Source: Escherichia phage CSP1C. From it: a stretch of 55,550 nucleotides of DNA. The DNA lies in the sequence record PQ202980. One strand, 5' to 3'. Position numbers and translations under genes: made by a program. The stretch's first letter is position 1, and each line of letters starts with the position of its first letter. Positions 9,779 through 19,629 of the stretch are shown one piece after another. The notes beneath the pieces are model-generated. The model was not told where the DNA came from and ran no database searches. It saw nothing but the letters and a program-made list of their open reading frames with translations.

Positions 9779-12700
9779 TGGCCGAAACCGCTTCGCTAGT
9801 AATCAGAGTTGACGCGAGAGGGATTAGTACCGCGGACTCTATGTTGCGGAACTTAGCGCGTACAGGTGACACAGCGGAGCGGTCTGCTCAACGTGTTACC
9901 TCCAGCTATAAAACATTGTCTAACACATCTAACGAACTTGCAACTGTCACAAGTCGTTTAGATGCTGCAATTGTAGGAATGATTAGCGTCGACACCATTA
10001 ACCGTGTTATTTCGCTATCGGACTCCTGGACCATCCTTACCAACAAACTTGAACTAGCTCGTATGGGTAATGAAACCGTTGCGGATTCCCAGCAACGCGT
10101 GTTTGATATTGCCCAGCGTTCGCGTACAAGCTTAGAAGCGACTGCAACTCTGTACTCCCGTCTCCAGCGTGCGATGAAGAATACTGGTATGACTGGTATG
10201 GAGCTTGGACGTATCACGGAAACAATCAACAAAGCAATGATCGTTTCTGGTGCAACATCCCATGAAGCAAGTGCTGCCCTTATTCAGTTTTCGCAAGCAA
10301 TGGCATCCGGTGTTCTGCGTGGGGATGAATTCCGTTCTGTTGCAGAACAAGCCCCGCGCTTAACTCAAATTATGTCCGATTCGTTAGGCGTTACCATTGG
10401 ACAATTGCGTGAACTGGCCTACAGCGGCAAGTTAACCGCAGATGTGGTTATCAAATCGTTGTCTGGTGCCGCGGATACAATTGATAAAGAATTCAGCCGC
10501 ACTATGCCAACGTTCAACCAGCAATGGACGGTTGCAACAAACAACTTGACTAAGTTTATGGGTGAATCCCAAAAGACTCAAGGTGCTGTTGCTGCATTGG
10601 GACAGACGTTTGTTGCTTTATCCGAAAACTTAGGAACGGTTGTAACGGTTGGTTCAGCTTTAGCCACAGTGATTACCGCCCGTATCATCACGGCAATGTT
10701 GGCCAAGACTAAAGCGTCTATAGCTGCTGCAAAAGCATCTCAGATGGAAGCTGCACAAACTGCGGCAACTACGGCGGTGATGCAAAGCTCTATTGGCGTT
10801 ACCGCACAGAAAGCGGCGGCGGATCGTGCTGCTTCGCTTGCATCTTTGCAGGTTGCACGCGGTGCGTTAGCGGTTGCTAAGGGTACGGCAGCGGAAGCAG
10901 GTGCTCGTCTTGCTCTTATTAATGCTACCCGTGCGCATTCCGCAGCAATTATGGCGGACGTACAAGCGCGGCAAGCACTCAATGCTGCGCTTAACGCAAC
11001 CGTACCAGCGGCAAGCCGGGCAGCTACAGCAATGAGCGTGCTGCGCGGGGCTATGGGGTTAATTGGTGGTCCTGTTGGTGTAGCAATGCTGGCAGCGGGT
11101 GCAATTTACTCCTATAAAGCGTCGCTGGAAGCTGGTCGTGCGGAAAACAATCAGTTTGCAGATAGTGTTGATAGTGTACGCGAAAAACTGATGCAAATGA
11201 CGGAAGCTCAGCTGGCAGCTAACGCTGTCAAAGCTAGAGCAATCCTTCCGGAACTTGAAGAGCAAATGAAGCGCGAGCAAACCGCTCTTAAATCTGCAAC
11301 GGAAACGCAGAAGTTCTATGAAGCACAATTGAAGCGTCGAGCTGCATCCGGTCGAGATACTGCTAGTGCGGAAAAGAACTTACAGATTGCTACGGATAAC
11401 GTCAAGCTAGCTGCTGAACGCGCGGAAGACGCACAACGTCGATATAACAATGTGCTTGAAATGACAAGCCCCGCTATCGAGAAGATAATCCCGTTAGCTC
11501 GTCAGCTTGCTGCTGATATGAAGGCTGTTCTTAACATCAAATCCGGTCCGCTTATTGACGAGAAAGTTCTTGATCGTTTTAAAACTCAGCTAGGTGACGT
11601 TAACCGTGAGATTGACGTTAACACTGTTAAGGGTGCTGGTAATGCTCGTCAATCTGCAATCCTTAGAGGTCTGTATCAAACACTAGGTAAAGATGCAGAC
11701 ACCTACGGAAGTCTGATTCGCAAAGTAGCTATGGGTCAGGACGTTAGCTCAGAGGCAACAAGCGAGTCCGCTAAAGAGCTTGTTAAATATGCTCAAGATT
11801 TAGCCCAAGCTCTTGGCAAAAACTACGATCTTGAAGAAGCAGAGAGAAACCGGACTAAAGCTACAAAAGACGCTATTAAGGCAGATCAACAAAACGCTAA
11901 GGTTATTGACGATTTACGAAACAAGCTTAACGAAGTAACCACAGGGGTTAAGGAAAACGCCAAAGCGAAAGCGCAAGCGGTAGCACTTAATAAGCTCAAT
12001 ACGTCTGCAACCGCCGTGGAAAAAGCGGAAGTTGTTAGACTTGCTGCTGCAATCTACGATGCAGAAGAAGCTCAAAAGAAACTGGACGAGCGTAAGAAGA
12101 ATCGTAAGTTTGCTCAGGGTCTGTTAGATGAAGGTATGACAGACTATGAAAAAATCGCGTACGAGCAAAATACAAAGATTGCAGAGCTTAATGCAAAACA
12201 GCGAGCTGATGATTTAGCTTACTATCAGCTTTACGAAGATGCTAAAACCCAAGTCCTGAAGAAAGCAAGCATGGAAAGGGAAAATCTGGATAAAGTTCTT
12301 ATGAACCGAATGATATCCTTTTCTCAGGAATCCTTAGGCATTATAATGGATGGACTGTCACAGGCTGTAAGCCAGCAGAACTTCTTTTATAAAGCTATGT
12401 TTGCAGCACAGAAAGCAATGCAAATCCCGTCAATCCTTGCCAACACGGAAACGGCAGCATCCGCGGCGCTTGCATGGGGTACACAGCAAGGCGGTGCTAC
12501 AATGGGCGCAACTATGGCGGCTATAGTGAAAACTATGGGTTATGCGTCAGCCGCTACTGTGGGTGGCTTAGCAATTGCTGGTATGGCTCACGACGGTATT
12601 GATAACGTTCCGCGTGAAGGTACATGGTTGCTGGATAAGGGTGAACGTGTACTTAATGCTCCGTCCAATGACAAGTTAAATCGCTTCCTGGATAGCCAAG

Positions 12701-12894
12701 CTTCACAACAAGGTGGCGTGAATATGTCCGGTGGTGTTAGCATTGTTCAGTATATCACGGTGCAAGGAAATGGCGATGCAGCACTCACACAAGCCATGCA
12801 AAAAGCAGCCCGTGATGGCGCTGAGCAGGGATATAATAAAGTTCTTAATGACTTTGCATCCCGAGGAACAATTCGTAGAACTGCAATGGGGTAA
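9778..12894 (+). CDS. tail tape measure protein
   Basis: 1038 aa, Ala/Gln-rich helical protein, SD AAGGAG, classical position. Confidence 0.85.
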   Translation: MAETASLVIRVDARGISTADSMLRNLARTGDTAERSAQRVTSSYKTLSNTSNELATVTSRLDAAIVGMISVDTINRVISLSDSWTILTNKLELARMGNETVADSQQRVFDIAQRSRTSLEATATLYSRLQRAMKNTGMTGMELGRITETINKAMIVSGATSHEASAALIQFSQAMASGVLRGDEFRSVAEQAPRLTQIMSDSLGVTIGQLRELAYSGKLTADVVIKSLSGAADTIDKEFSRTMPTFNQQWTVATNNLTKFMGESQKTQGAVAALGQTFVALSENLGTVVTVGSALATVITARIITAMLAKTKASIAAAKASQMEAAQTAATTAVMQSSIGVTAQKAAADRAASLASLQVARGALAVAKGTAAEAGARLALINATRAHSAAIMADVQARQALNAALNATVPAASRAATAMSVLRGAMGLIGGPVGVAMLAAGAIYSYKASLEAGRAENNQFADSVDSVREKLMQMTEAQLAANAVKARAILPELEEQMKREQTALKSATETQKFYEAQLKRRAASGRDTASAEKNLQIATDNVKLAAERAEDAQRRYNNVLEMTSPAIEKIIPLARQLAADMKAVLNIKSGPLIDEKVLDRFKTQLGDVNREIDVNTVKGAGNARQSAILRGLYQTLGKDADTYGSLIRKVAMGQDVSSEATSESAKELVKYAQDLAQALGKNYDLEEAERNRTKATKDAIKADQQNAKVIDDLRNKLNEVTTGVKENAKAKAQAVALNKLNTSATAVEKAEVVRLAAAIYDAEEAQKKLDERKKNRKFAQGLLDEGMTDYEKIAYEQNTKIAELNAKQRADDLAYYQLYEDAKTQVLKKASMERENLDKVLMNRMISFSQESLGIIMDGLSQAVSQQNFFYKAMFAAQKAMQIPSILANTETAASAALAWGTQQGGATMGATMAAIVKTMGYASAATVGGLAIAGMAHDGIDNVPREGTWLLDKGERVLNAPSNDKLNRFLDSQASQQGGVNMSGGVSIVQYITVQGNGDAALTQAMQKAARDGAEQGYNKVLNDFASRGTIRRTAMG

Positions 12895-12897
12895 TAT

Positions 12898-13482
12898 ATG
12901 CTCACTTGGCCCGAAGAAATTAGACCTTCCGAGATGGAATGGTATCTTGTTTCAAACTCTGTTGAATTTACAAGCCCCTTTAATGGGGCTTCACAAACTG
13001 TGTCCTATCCTGGGTCACGATGGGAAGCGACCTTAACATTTAGCAATTTAAATGACTGGCAATCCAGAAAGCTTGAATCAACGTTAGCTAAGCTTGACGG
13101 TAAAGCTGGTCGTATTATGCTTCAAGATTTTGGTCGTTGGGGACGAGCACCGATTGGATCACCTGTGGTTAATGGCGCAAACAATACAGGGACAACTTTA
13201 TCAACTAAAGGTTGGACACCTAACAGAAAGGTTTTATGGGAAGGGGATTACATCGCAGTAAATAATGAATTAAAATTAATAACCGAAGATGCTTGGAGCG
13301 ATTCTTCTGGTAACGTGATTTTAAATATTGCCCCAATGCTGAGGACCATTCCACCAAACGGGGCTAAAATTGAAACTCAAAAGCCACAAGGAGCTTTCCG
13401 TTTATCTGACAATACTAACGGAGTTAAGCGTCAACCAGCATTTAATAACTCATTTACTTTAAAATTCTCGGAGGCGTTCTAA
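12898..13482 (+). CDS. minor tail protein (M-like / distal tail)
   Basis: 194 aa ORF directly after tape measure. Confidence 0.5.
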   Translation: MLTWPEEIRPSEMEWYLVSNSVEFTSPFNGASQTVSYPGSRWEATLTFSNLNDWQSRKLESTLAKLDGKAGRIMLQDFGRWGRAPIGSPVVNGANNTGTTLSTKGWTPNRKVLWEGDYIAVNNELKLITEDAWSDSSGNVILNIAPMLRTIPPNGAKIETQKPQGAFRLSDNTNGVKRQPAFNNSFTLKFSEAF

Positions 13483-14066
13483 TGCTATTCAGTCCTTTCA
13501 GCGATACGCTTCTTAATGCAATGGAGCAGCCAAACGTTAGTTTGGTCCTTGCTGCGGAAATCGACTTTCCTTCTGGTGTAACGCGTGTACATACTGGGAC
13601 AGGTGTTGTTGTTATTAACGGTCAAACGTTCCTAGGCGTCGGCACACTTGGCGACGTAGGATCTGTAACGGAAGAAAACAGCACGAGTTCCAGCACAATG
13701 TCCATGGCGTTAAGCGGTCTGGACATGAGTCTTGTCGGGGAAACGTTAAACGAAGAAGTTATCGGGCGCAATGTTGTTTGTTATATTGCGGTAATGAACG
13801 ATCAAGGTAACGTTACCGCTGCCAATGTTTTATTTGAAGGTTTTATTACGGATACAGCGTTACAAGCAGGTCAACAGAATGCACTGAGTTATGTTATTTC
13901 CAACGTGTTTGAGCGTTGGTCACAAGGTTTACCGGATCGCTATACGGATGAAAGTCAACAGCGTTTATATCCGGGCGACCGTTTCTTTAGATATATTGCA
14001 CAAATGGCTGAACGTTCAATCTTTTGGGGGAGTAAAAAAGATGCGCCAGGGTTCTCCTATGAGTAA
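13482..14066 (+). CDS. minor tail protein (L-like)
   Basis: 194 aa ORF, SD GGAGG, start overlaps previous stop. Confidence 0.5.
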   Translation: MLFSPFSDTLLNAMEQPNVSLVLAAEIDFPSGVTRVHTGTGVVVINGQTFLGVGTLGDVGSVTEENSTSSSTMSMALSGLDMSLVGETLNEEVIGRNVVCYIAVMNDQGNVTAANVLFEGFITDTALQAGQQNALSYVISNVFERWSQGLPDRYTDESQQRLYPGDRFFRYIAQMAERSIFWGSKKDAPGFSYE

Positions 14067-14475
14067 GTTGCCAGGCTGGCAGACACGTTTATTAACCACA
14101 GTAAAGGAGTTGTCATCGACTCCTTTTTCTTGGGGTGAAAATGATTGCTGCACCTTCGCGGCAAAATGTGTTGATGCGCAATACGGAACAAATATCTACG
14201 AACAAGTCGCTGGAAAATATAGTACAGAGCTTGGAAGTAAAAAGTTCACTATTGAAAGAGTTGGAACCGCTTACCTTCCATTGTTATTGGATACATATCT
14301 GAGCGAACGCGTTGACAAGAACTATGCGCAAAGAGGCGATGTGGTTACATTTGAGGGAGCATTGGGCTTAACTGCTGGCATATTATGGACTGGATATGTA
14401 TGGGCTATGGGCCCGAACGGTGTGGAAACATTCCCGCTTAATAAGATCAAAATTACGGATATTTGGAGGGTCTAA
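14059..14475 (+). CDS. minor tail protein, putative NlpC/P60-like (K-like)
   Basis: Start ATG 14059 overlaps upstream stop; product begins MSKLPGWQ and contains WGENDCCTFAAKC with candidate catalytic Cys. The track's longer ORF from 13891 is rejected. Confidence 0.45.
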   Translation: MSKLPGWQTRLLTTVKELSSTPFSWGENDCCTFAAKCVDAQYGTNIYEQVAGKYSTELGSKKFTIERVGTAYLPLLLDTYLSERVDKNYAQRGDVVTFEGALGLTAGILWTGYVWAMGPNGVETFPLNKIKITDIWRV

Positions 14476-17400
14476 TGCCACCAGCAATAATTGGAGCAGC
14501 GATAGCTTTAGGTGCGTCGGCTGCTGCTGCGGCTAGTATTATTTCGGCTACTACCGCTCTCGTTATCGGTATTGCTGCAACTGCGGCAGGTGCTCTTTTA
14601 ACTAAGACACCAAATATGAACTTTGATGCTTACAAGGGGCAGCAAGAGCGTAAACAGGTTCTGCGTGCGGCTACAGCGTCACGCTCTGTTGTATATGGCA
14701 CGACCGTAGCGTCCGGACTATTAGCATTTGCGGAGGAAGAAGCTGGAGATCAAGATGAAGGTGAATGGATGCATCTTGTTGTTGTTCTTGCTAGTCATAA
14801 ATTGGAAGGTATTGAAACAATTTGGTTGGGTGATGACGGAATTGATTGGTTTGGTGAAAACGCTACTTGGGAGTTTCATAACGACCGTCAGACTGTTGAC
14901 CCATTCATGTTAAGACATTGTCCTTCCTGGAAGAATGATATGATTGGCAAGGGTATTGCATGGCTACGTTTAAGCTTAAAGTTTGATGCTGAAAAATTCC
15001 CATCTGGTTTGCCAAACGTCAAGGTGTTGAAAAAGGGACGTAGAGTCTATGACCCACGTTCCGGTCAAACTGTCTTTAGCGATAACGCTGCTCTTGTTAT
15101 TCTTGATTATTTCCGCACGTATTTGAAGCGCAAAGACGAGAATATTAACTGGGACCAATTCAAGGAAGCTGCTAACATCTGCGATGAGTTTGTTACTAAC
15201 GCAGATAACACTACGGAAAGACGCTACCGCATTAACGGTGAGTTTGAAGTGGATGAAGCACCTGCCAAAATCCTTGATGCTATGCTTGAAGCTTGCGGCG
15301 GGGAGCTTACCTATATTGGTGGTAAACACGGTCTGTTAGTTGGTGCTTATTACGGTCCAGCTACCATGACTCTGGATGAAAGCTGCATTGCTGGGGACAT
15401 TAAGATTATCCCTGAGACATCTTATAAAGAGCGCACCAATACCATTACAGGCACATTTGTTGACCCGAAGCAAACATACGCTGAAGCAGATTTCCCTCCA
15501 GTTGTGGTTAAGGAATGGGTGGAAAAAGATGGCGGCGAAATAACGCAAGACATGGATTTCCGCTTTGTTACAAGTGAATATCAAGCTCAACGTCTTGCTA
15601 ATATTATTTTACGTCGTAAGCGTGTTGGTCGAACAATTGAAGTGCCGTGTAACATGAAGGGGTATAAATTCCGCCCGGGCATGTATGTCAACGTGACAAT
15701 TTCAAATATTGGAATGAAAAATGTTGAGATGCGCGTCACTAAATGGTCATTCGATCCTAAAGGTGGGATTAATCTTGTCCTTCGTCAAGACTTCCTGGAA
15801 ATGTGGGACGACGCTATTGGTAAACCAATGGAGCGCCCGGATCTGGTAGACCTTCCGTCTGGTGCTATTGCTCAACCGCAAAACCTTCAGTATCAGGCAT
15901 TGCAGATTAGCGATGTTGTGCAGGGTGTTTTAACGTGGAGCAATATTGGACAGGTAGCGTATAACCGCGTAGCCGTGCGACAGGGAGGTACAACGGTTTG
16001 GACCGCACAAGTCCCTGGCCAAAATGTTCGCGTTACTGGGTTGCTGCGTGGCGCGTATACAGCGCATGTTCAAGCGGTAGCTTATAGCGGAGCAATATCG
16101 CCGGAAGCATATCTGGAATTCAATATTCAAGCACCACCTCCGCCAACTTCTATTGAAGTGCAACAGGGTTACTTTGCAATAACATTGATACCTAAATCCG
16201 CAGATATTGCAAACGTTAGCACGCAATATGATTTCTGGACGTCCGGTGAAACAAGATTGTCTTCCGTATCTACGGATATTGTGGAACGAGAAGCAACTCG
16301 TAAAGGTATGGGTACAACATGGACTTCAGAAGGCTTGAAGAATGACCACACTTATTACTGGTATGTTCGCACTATCAACGCTTTTGGATCGTCTGCATTT
16401 GTAGAAGTAGCTGCATTGTGCTTCACAACCGCTACAGACCTAATGCCACAGATTGATTCTGAGTTCAAGAAGACGGAGACTTATAAAGAGCTTACTGCTG
16501 AAATTACAGGTGTTAAAGACGGTGTTACCCAACTCAGCCAAACTGTAGTAGATACAGAAAAGCGTTTAAGTCAAAGTGTTAGCAACGTTCAGCAGAGTGT
16601 TATTACTTTGGACGGAGTTGTTCAGGATCAGGGTGTTACCATCAATGAGCAAGGGCAACTTATTGATGCACAGGGCCGATTGATTGATACGCAAGGTAAA
16701 ACTATTCAGCAAGTTAGCGCGACTGTACAGGAGACAAGTAAAGCAGTCGTAGATCTGGAAGGTAATGTTAACGCTCAATGGGGTGCTAAAGTACAGGTTG
16801 ACAGTAAAGGGCAAAAATACGTTGCTGGTATCCAGTTGGGTATGGAAGGTTCAGGCGGTGCTGTACAATCTTACTTCATGGTGAGCGCTAACAACTTTGC
16901 TATCTATAACCCGACAAACAGCGTAGCAGAACTGGCATTTGCTGTTAAGAACGGTCAAGTGTTCATGAAGGCTGCGTTTATTGAAAATGGTACTATTGAC
17001 AGCGCTAAAATTTCAAACCAAATTCAGTCAACCAACTACGCTAACAATAGCGCGGGTTGGATGATCAACAAGAACGGTAGCGCTCAGTTTAACAACGTGA
17101 CCATACGGGGTACGGTATACGCTAACAACGGATCTTTTACAGGAACAGTGAACGCAACAAGCGGTAAATTCACTGGTACTGTGGAAGCTACCAGTTTTGT
17201 GGGGGACGTTGCGAATATGTACACAGGATCTGACGTTAGCAGGTTAAAAGATGGCGTACTGGAAAAAACAATTACATACAACGATACATCTAACGCAGCG
17301 TACAGACGACACATCTGCGTTATGGCAAACGTTAAAGGTTTTGGTGGCTGCACAATAGCTATCGGAAGTTCAGAAAAATCCCTTTCTATGAGAGGCGACG

Positions 17401-17543
17401 AGCGCCTTGTTATGCATTCAGCGGCAATAACTACCAAGAGCGTTACAGTTAAAATTAAGGTATCCGCTCAAAATAGTAAGGGGGCTTATATAAATTCACC
17501 GACCGTCATTGTGTCGCGCGGTTCTGGTTCATTCTCAGGATAA
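14475..17543 (+). CDS. central tail fibre / host specificity protein (J-like)
   Basis: About 1020 aa ORF at the end of the tail module; ATG 14475 with SD GGAGGG (track start 14463 is TTG); hydrophobic Ala-rich N-terminus; followed by terminator. Confidence 0.7.
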   Translation: MPPAIIGAAIALGASAAAAASIISATTALVIGIAATAAGALLTKTPNMNFDAYKGQQERKQVLRAATASRSVVYGTTVASGLLAFAEEEAGDQDEGEWMHLVVVLASHKLEGIETIWLGDDGIDWFGENATWEFHNDRQTVDPFMLRHCPSWKNDMIGKGIAWLRLSLKFDAEKFPSGLPNVKVLKKGRRVYDPRSGQTVFSDNAALVILDYFRTYLKRKDENINWDQFKEAANICDEFVTNADNTTERRYRINGEFEVDEAPAKILDAMLEACGGELTYIGGKHGLLVGAYYGPATMTLDESCIAGDIKIIPETSYKERTNTITGTFVDPKQTYAEADFPPVVVKEWVEKDGGEITQDMDFRFVTSEYQAQRLANIILRRKRVGRTIEVPCNMKGYKFRPGMYVNVTISNIGMKNVEMRVTKWSFDPKGGINLVLRQDFLEMWDDAIGKPMERPDLVDLPSGAIAQPQNLQYQALQISDVVQGVLTWSNIGQVAYNRVAVRQGGTTVWTAQVPGQNVRVTGLLRGAYTAHVQAVAYSGAISPEAYLEFNIQAPPPPTSIEVQQGYFAITLIPKSADIANVSTQYDFWTSGETRLSSVSTDIVEREATRKGMGTTWTSEGLKNDHTYYWYVRTINAFGSSAFVEVAALCFTTATDLMPQIDSEFKKTETYKELTAEITGVKDGVTQLSQTVVDTEKRLSQSVSNVQQSVITLDGVVQDQGVTINEQGQLIDAQGRLIDTQGKTIQQVSATVQETSKAVVDLEGNVNAQWGAKVQVDSKGQKYVAGIQLGMEGSGGAVQSYFMVSANNFAIYNPTNSVAELAFAVKNGQVFMKAAFIENGTIDSAKISNQIQSTNYANNSAGWMINKNGSAQFNNVTIRGTVYANNGSFTGTVNATSGKFTGTVEATSFVGDVANMYTGSDVSRLKDGVLEKTITYNDTSNAAYRRHICVMANVKGFGGCTIAIGSSEKSLSMRGDERLVMHSAAITTKSVTVKIKVSAQNSKGAYINSPTVIVSRGSGSFSG

Positions 17544-17547
17544 AAAC

Positions 17548-17578
17548 AACCCCGCTTCGCGCGGGGGTTTCTTTTAGT
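17548..17578. terminator. bidirectional rho-independent terminator between tail fibre and lipoprotein genes
   Basis: CCCCGC ttcgc GCGGGG stem followed by GTTTCTTTT; convergent genes on both sides. Confidence 0.65.
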
Positions 17579-17807
17579 AGTTAGCTACACAGTTTGAAGG
17601 TGAACCAATTCGTCGGTATTCATGATCAATCTCATGGCACCATTGTCCAGTCATTGGAAGCTTTTCGGTATCATAAATTAAAGAACCGTTACCATCACGG
17701 TCTAACGGTTTTGGAATAACGCCGGAATTAGGTTTACCAGTATTCAGACCGTTACCACATGCAGCGAGGGATAAAGTTAATGCAAGCATAATTAAAGCGC
17801 GTTTCAT
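17574..17807 (-). CDS. small lipoprotein, candidate superinfection-exclusion protein
   Basis: ATG 17807 with SD AAGGAG; signal peptide MKRALIMLALTLSLAAC with lipobox LAAC; convergent with the fibre gene. Confidence 0.55.
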   Translation of the reverse strand: MKRALIMLALTLSLAACGNGLNTGKPNSGVIPKPLDRDGNGSLIYDTEKLPMTGQWCHEIDHEYRRIGSPSNCVANY

Positions 17808-17891
17808 TGGGAACTCCTTTTGTGTTGTTGTCAAGGTTCAATTCTAATATACTTGTTGTGTTGAGTAAGTCAAATAAATGTGGGAGATATT

Positions 17892-18062
17892 ATGGCAACT
17901 CGTTTACGTGGTACTTTAGTTGATGGTTTAAATAAACCAATTGTCAACGCTACAGTTGCGCTTTTAGCAAAAGGGAATAGCTTATTGGTATTGTCCGGCA
18001 GTGAAGCTATCTTTAAAACAAGTGCAACCGGAACAACCTGTAGAAGCTCGCGAACATATTAG
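17892..18062 (+). CDS. small ORF with transthyretin-like N-terminal signature (possible gene remnant)
   Basis: 56 aa starting MATRLRGTLVDGLNKPIVNATVAL; SD GGGAGA; another open frame continues to about 18165. Confidence 0.3.
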   Translation: MATRLRGTLVDGLNKPIVNATVALLAKGNSLLVLSGSEAIFKTSATGTTCRSSRTY

Positions 18063-18151
18063 TCCGTGGCCACCAATGATTGATCAGGAAGTTTTGCAGC
18101 CAAAGACCGCTCAAACGGTCCCTCAGAAACCGGAGCAGAAGGTAAAACCAA

Positions 18152-18436
18152 ATGACGAAGAATGAAGGTATTGATAAAGTTGTTGAAGGACTTTCTATTC
18201 GTGCTCATGTTATAGCAGATGAAGGTCATGATCAACTTACTATTATGAAATCCGCATTCAGCGATTTCAAGTCGCTTGGAAACTTAAGCGGGTTAATGAC
18301 TGTGGTGTCGACCGGAAAATTAACCCAGCAGCAAATCAGTCTAGCTCAGCGTATTGCTGTTAAAGTTATTGCGGTACTTGGGATGATTGAAGCTGAAAAG
18401 CCCAGTTCCAAGCAGGATAACGAAAGCGACCTTTAA
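18152..18436 (+). CDS. hypothetical protein
   Basis: 94 aa ORF with plausible SD. Confidence 0.45.
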   Translation: MTKNEGIDKVVEGLSIRAHVIADEGHDQLTIMKSAFSDFKSLGNLSGLMTVVSTGKLTQQQISLAQRIAVKVIAVLGMIEAEKPSSKQDNESDL

Positions 18437-18447
18437 GGAGGTCTACT

Positions 18448-18651
18448 ATGTGTGGTAATACTAACCGTTGCTGTTTAGGCAGTCCTGCAACACAAGCAGG
18501 TATACTTCAGGGGCAATTGGCTCAAGCAGCGTGTAATTGCAAGACGTTTCAACCAGTAGCGCCAACTCCGGTGTTTGTGAATGCTTTTGCACCGCCTGTT
18601 TTCAATACTTTTGGCGTATACCCATACGGTGCTTTCTTTCGTATATTCTAA
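18448..18651 (+). CDS. Cys-rich small protein
   Basis: 67 aa with 5 Cys and an aromatic/Pro-rich C-terminus; strong SD AAGGAGG; followed by terminator. Confidence 0.5.
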   Translation: MCGNTNRCCLGSPATQAGILQGQLAQAACNCKTFQPVAPTPVFVNAFAPPVFNTFGVYPYGAFFRIF

Positions 18652-18655
18652 GAAG

Positions 18656-18683
18656 AGAAAAGGGGCAAACGCCCCTTTCTTTA
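18656..18683. terminator. bidirectional rho-independent terminator
   Basis: AAAGGGGC aaac GCCCCTTT stem with flanking A/T runs between convergent genes. Confidence 0.65.
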
Positions 18684-18962
18684 ACGCTTATGAAAAGCTG
18701 ACAGGATTGCAAGTGTTACAGCACCCAATCCGACGACGGTAGCATAAGTGAGTTGATGTTGAACTTTAACAAAACCGTAATAGGTGCTAGGGATCTCCAC
18801 AATCCCAAACGCCATAGCAAAGCTGGTTCCAAGCAGTGCGACAGCAAGGGCGCGTAATAACGCCCTGCTCATTGCTGTGAAACCTTTCTCGTTACTGTCT
18901 CCGGTCATTATAACCACAATAATAAGAAACAGCGCAACAATTACTAGCAAGTATTCCATCAA
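18681..18962 (-). CDS. small membrane protein (2-3 predicted TM helices)
   Basis: 93 aa, hydrophobic stretches LLVIVALFLIIVVIM and AVALLGTSFAMAFGIV. Confidence 0.5.
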   Translation of the reverse strand: MMEYLLVIVALFLIIVVIMTGDSNEKGFTAMSRALLRALAVALLGTSFAMAFGIVEIPSTYYGFVKVQHQLTYATVVGLGAVTLAILSAFHKR

Positions 18963-19165
18963 CGTCTTCTCCTGTACATGTATTGATCATAAGTAGTTGC
19001 AATAATAGTGACTGGCCAGCAAGCGAGTATACATAGAAGACTTACAATCTTCTCCCAACGTTTCTTATAGGCTAGCGCATAATCATAGTTATTCCAACAA
19101 AAGAAATAAGTCATTGCTGCAATCACAGCACCAATAATGAAATAAATAACTACATATTCATTCAT
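18959..19165 (-). CDS. small membrane protein (2 predicted TM helices)
   Basis: 68 aa, hydrophobic helices, C-terminal RRRR; start overlaps downstream stop. Confidence 0.5.
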   Translation of the reverse strand: MNEYVVIYFIIGAVIAAMTYFFCWNNYDYALAYKKRWEKIVSLLCILACWPVTIIATTYDQYMYRRRR

Positions 19166-19353
19166 TTAGTAAACTCCCATTCTAAAGTATTACGATAGCT
19201 TGATGGTACATAACGCCCAGGGCGTGGATCAAAACTTTTCACTGAAAATTCCAGCGTTCCAGCGCTATATAGTTGTACTTTTTGCCCGTCCCACGGTCCA
19301 CCAATTAGCTTAAAAGTCTGTCTGTAACCTTTTGCTGCTCTAGCCATATTCAC
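19162..19353 (-). CDS. hypothetical protein
   Basis: 63 aa ORF in the same minus-strand run; overlapping start/stop. Confidence 0.4.
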   Translation of the reverse strand: MNMARAAKGYRQTFKLIGGPWDGQKVQLYSAGTLEFSVKSFDPRPGRYVPSSYRNTLEWEFTK

Positions 19354-19390
19354 TCCTTAAAATACCCGCGCGAACGCGGGTATTATTTTA

Positions 19391-19597
19391 TTACGCTTCC
19401 GGTGATTCCGGAGTTGGCTCATCTGGAACAACAATAACGTCGGCTAAAACCTTTAACGCTTCTTGTTGCTCAGCGGTCATATTATTCCAGTAATAGACGT
19501 GAATGTAAACTACTGGTTTGTCACCATGTTGCCACGGTTCGCGACTTACTACATCCACACCTAAATCGCTTGCTACGCTCTTTTCTTTACCAGCCAT
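19391..19597 (-). CDS. hypothetical protein
   Basis: 68 aa ORF; hairpin 19362-19385 downstream. Confidence 0.4.
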   Translation of the reverse strand: MAGKEKSVASDLGVDVVSREPWQHGDKPVVYIHVYYWNNMTAEQQEALKVLADVIVVPDEPTPESPEA

Positions 19598-19629
19598 GCT
19601 AATATACCCCTTTAAGGTTTTACACGCGG

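Noticed and set aside
13891-14475. Long track ORF 13891..14475 overlapping 175 nt of the preceding tail gene
   Set aside because: The N-terminal extension is the other frame of gene 13482..14066; the ATG at 14059 overlapping the upstream stop is the better start.
14463-14475. Alternative start codons given by the ORF track (TTG at 14463, TTG at 32583, GTG at 29928, TTG at 26421 and 23440, GTG at 17880)
   Set aside because: In each case an in-frame ATG a few codons downstream has a better SD and/or overlaps the upstream stop; ATG starts used instead.
18681-19165. The two small membrane proteins at 18.7-19.2 kb as the holin/antiholin pair
   Set aside because: A better cassette (holin, overlapping Rz/Rz1-type spanins, endolysin candidate) lies at 53.4-54.9 kb; these are kept as accessory membrane proteins.
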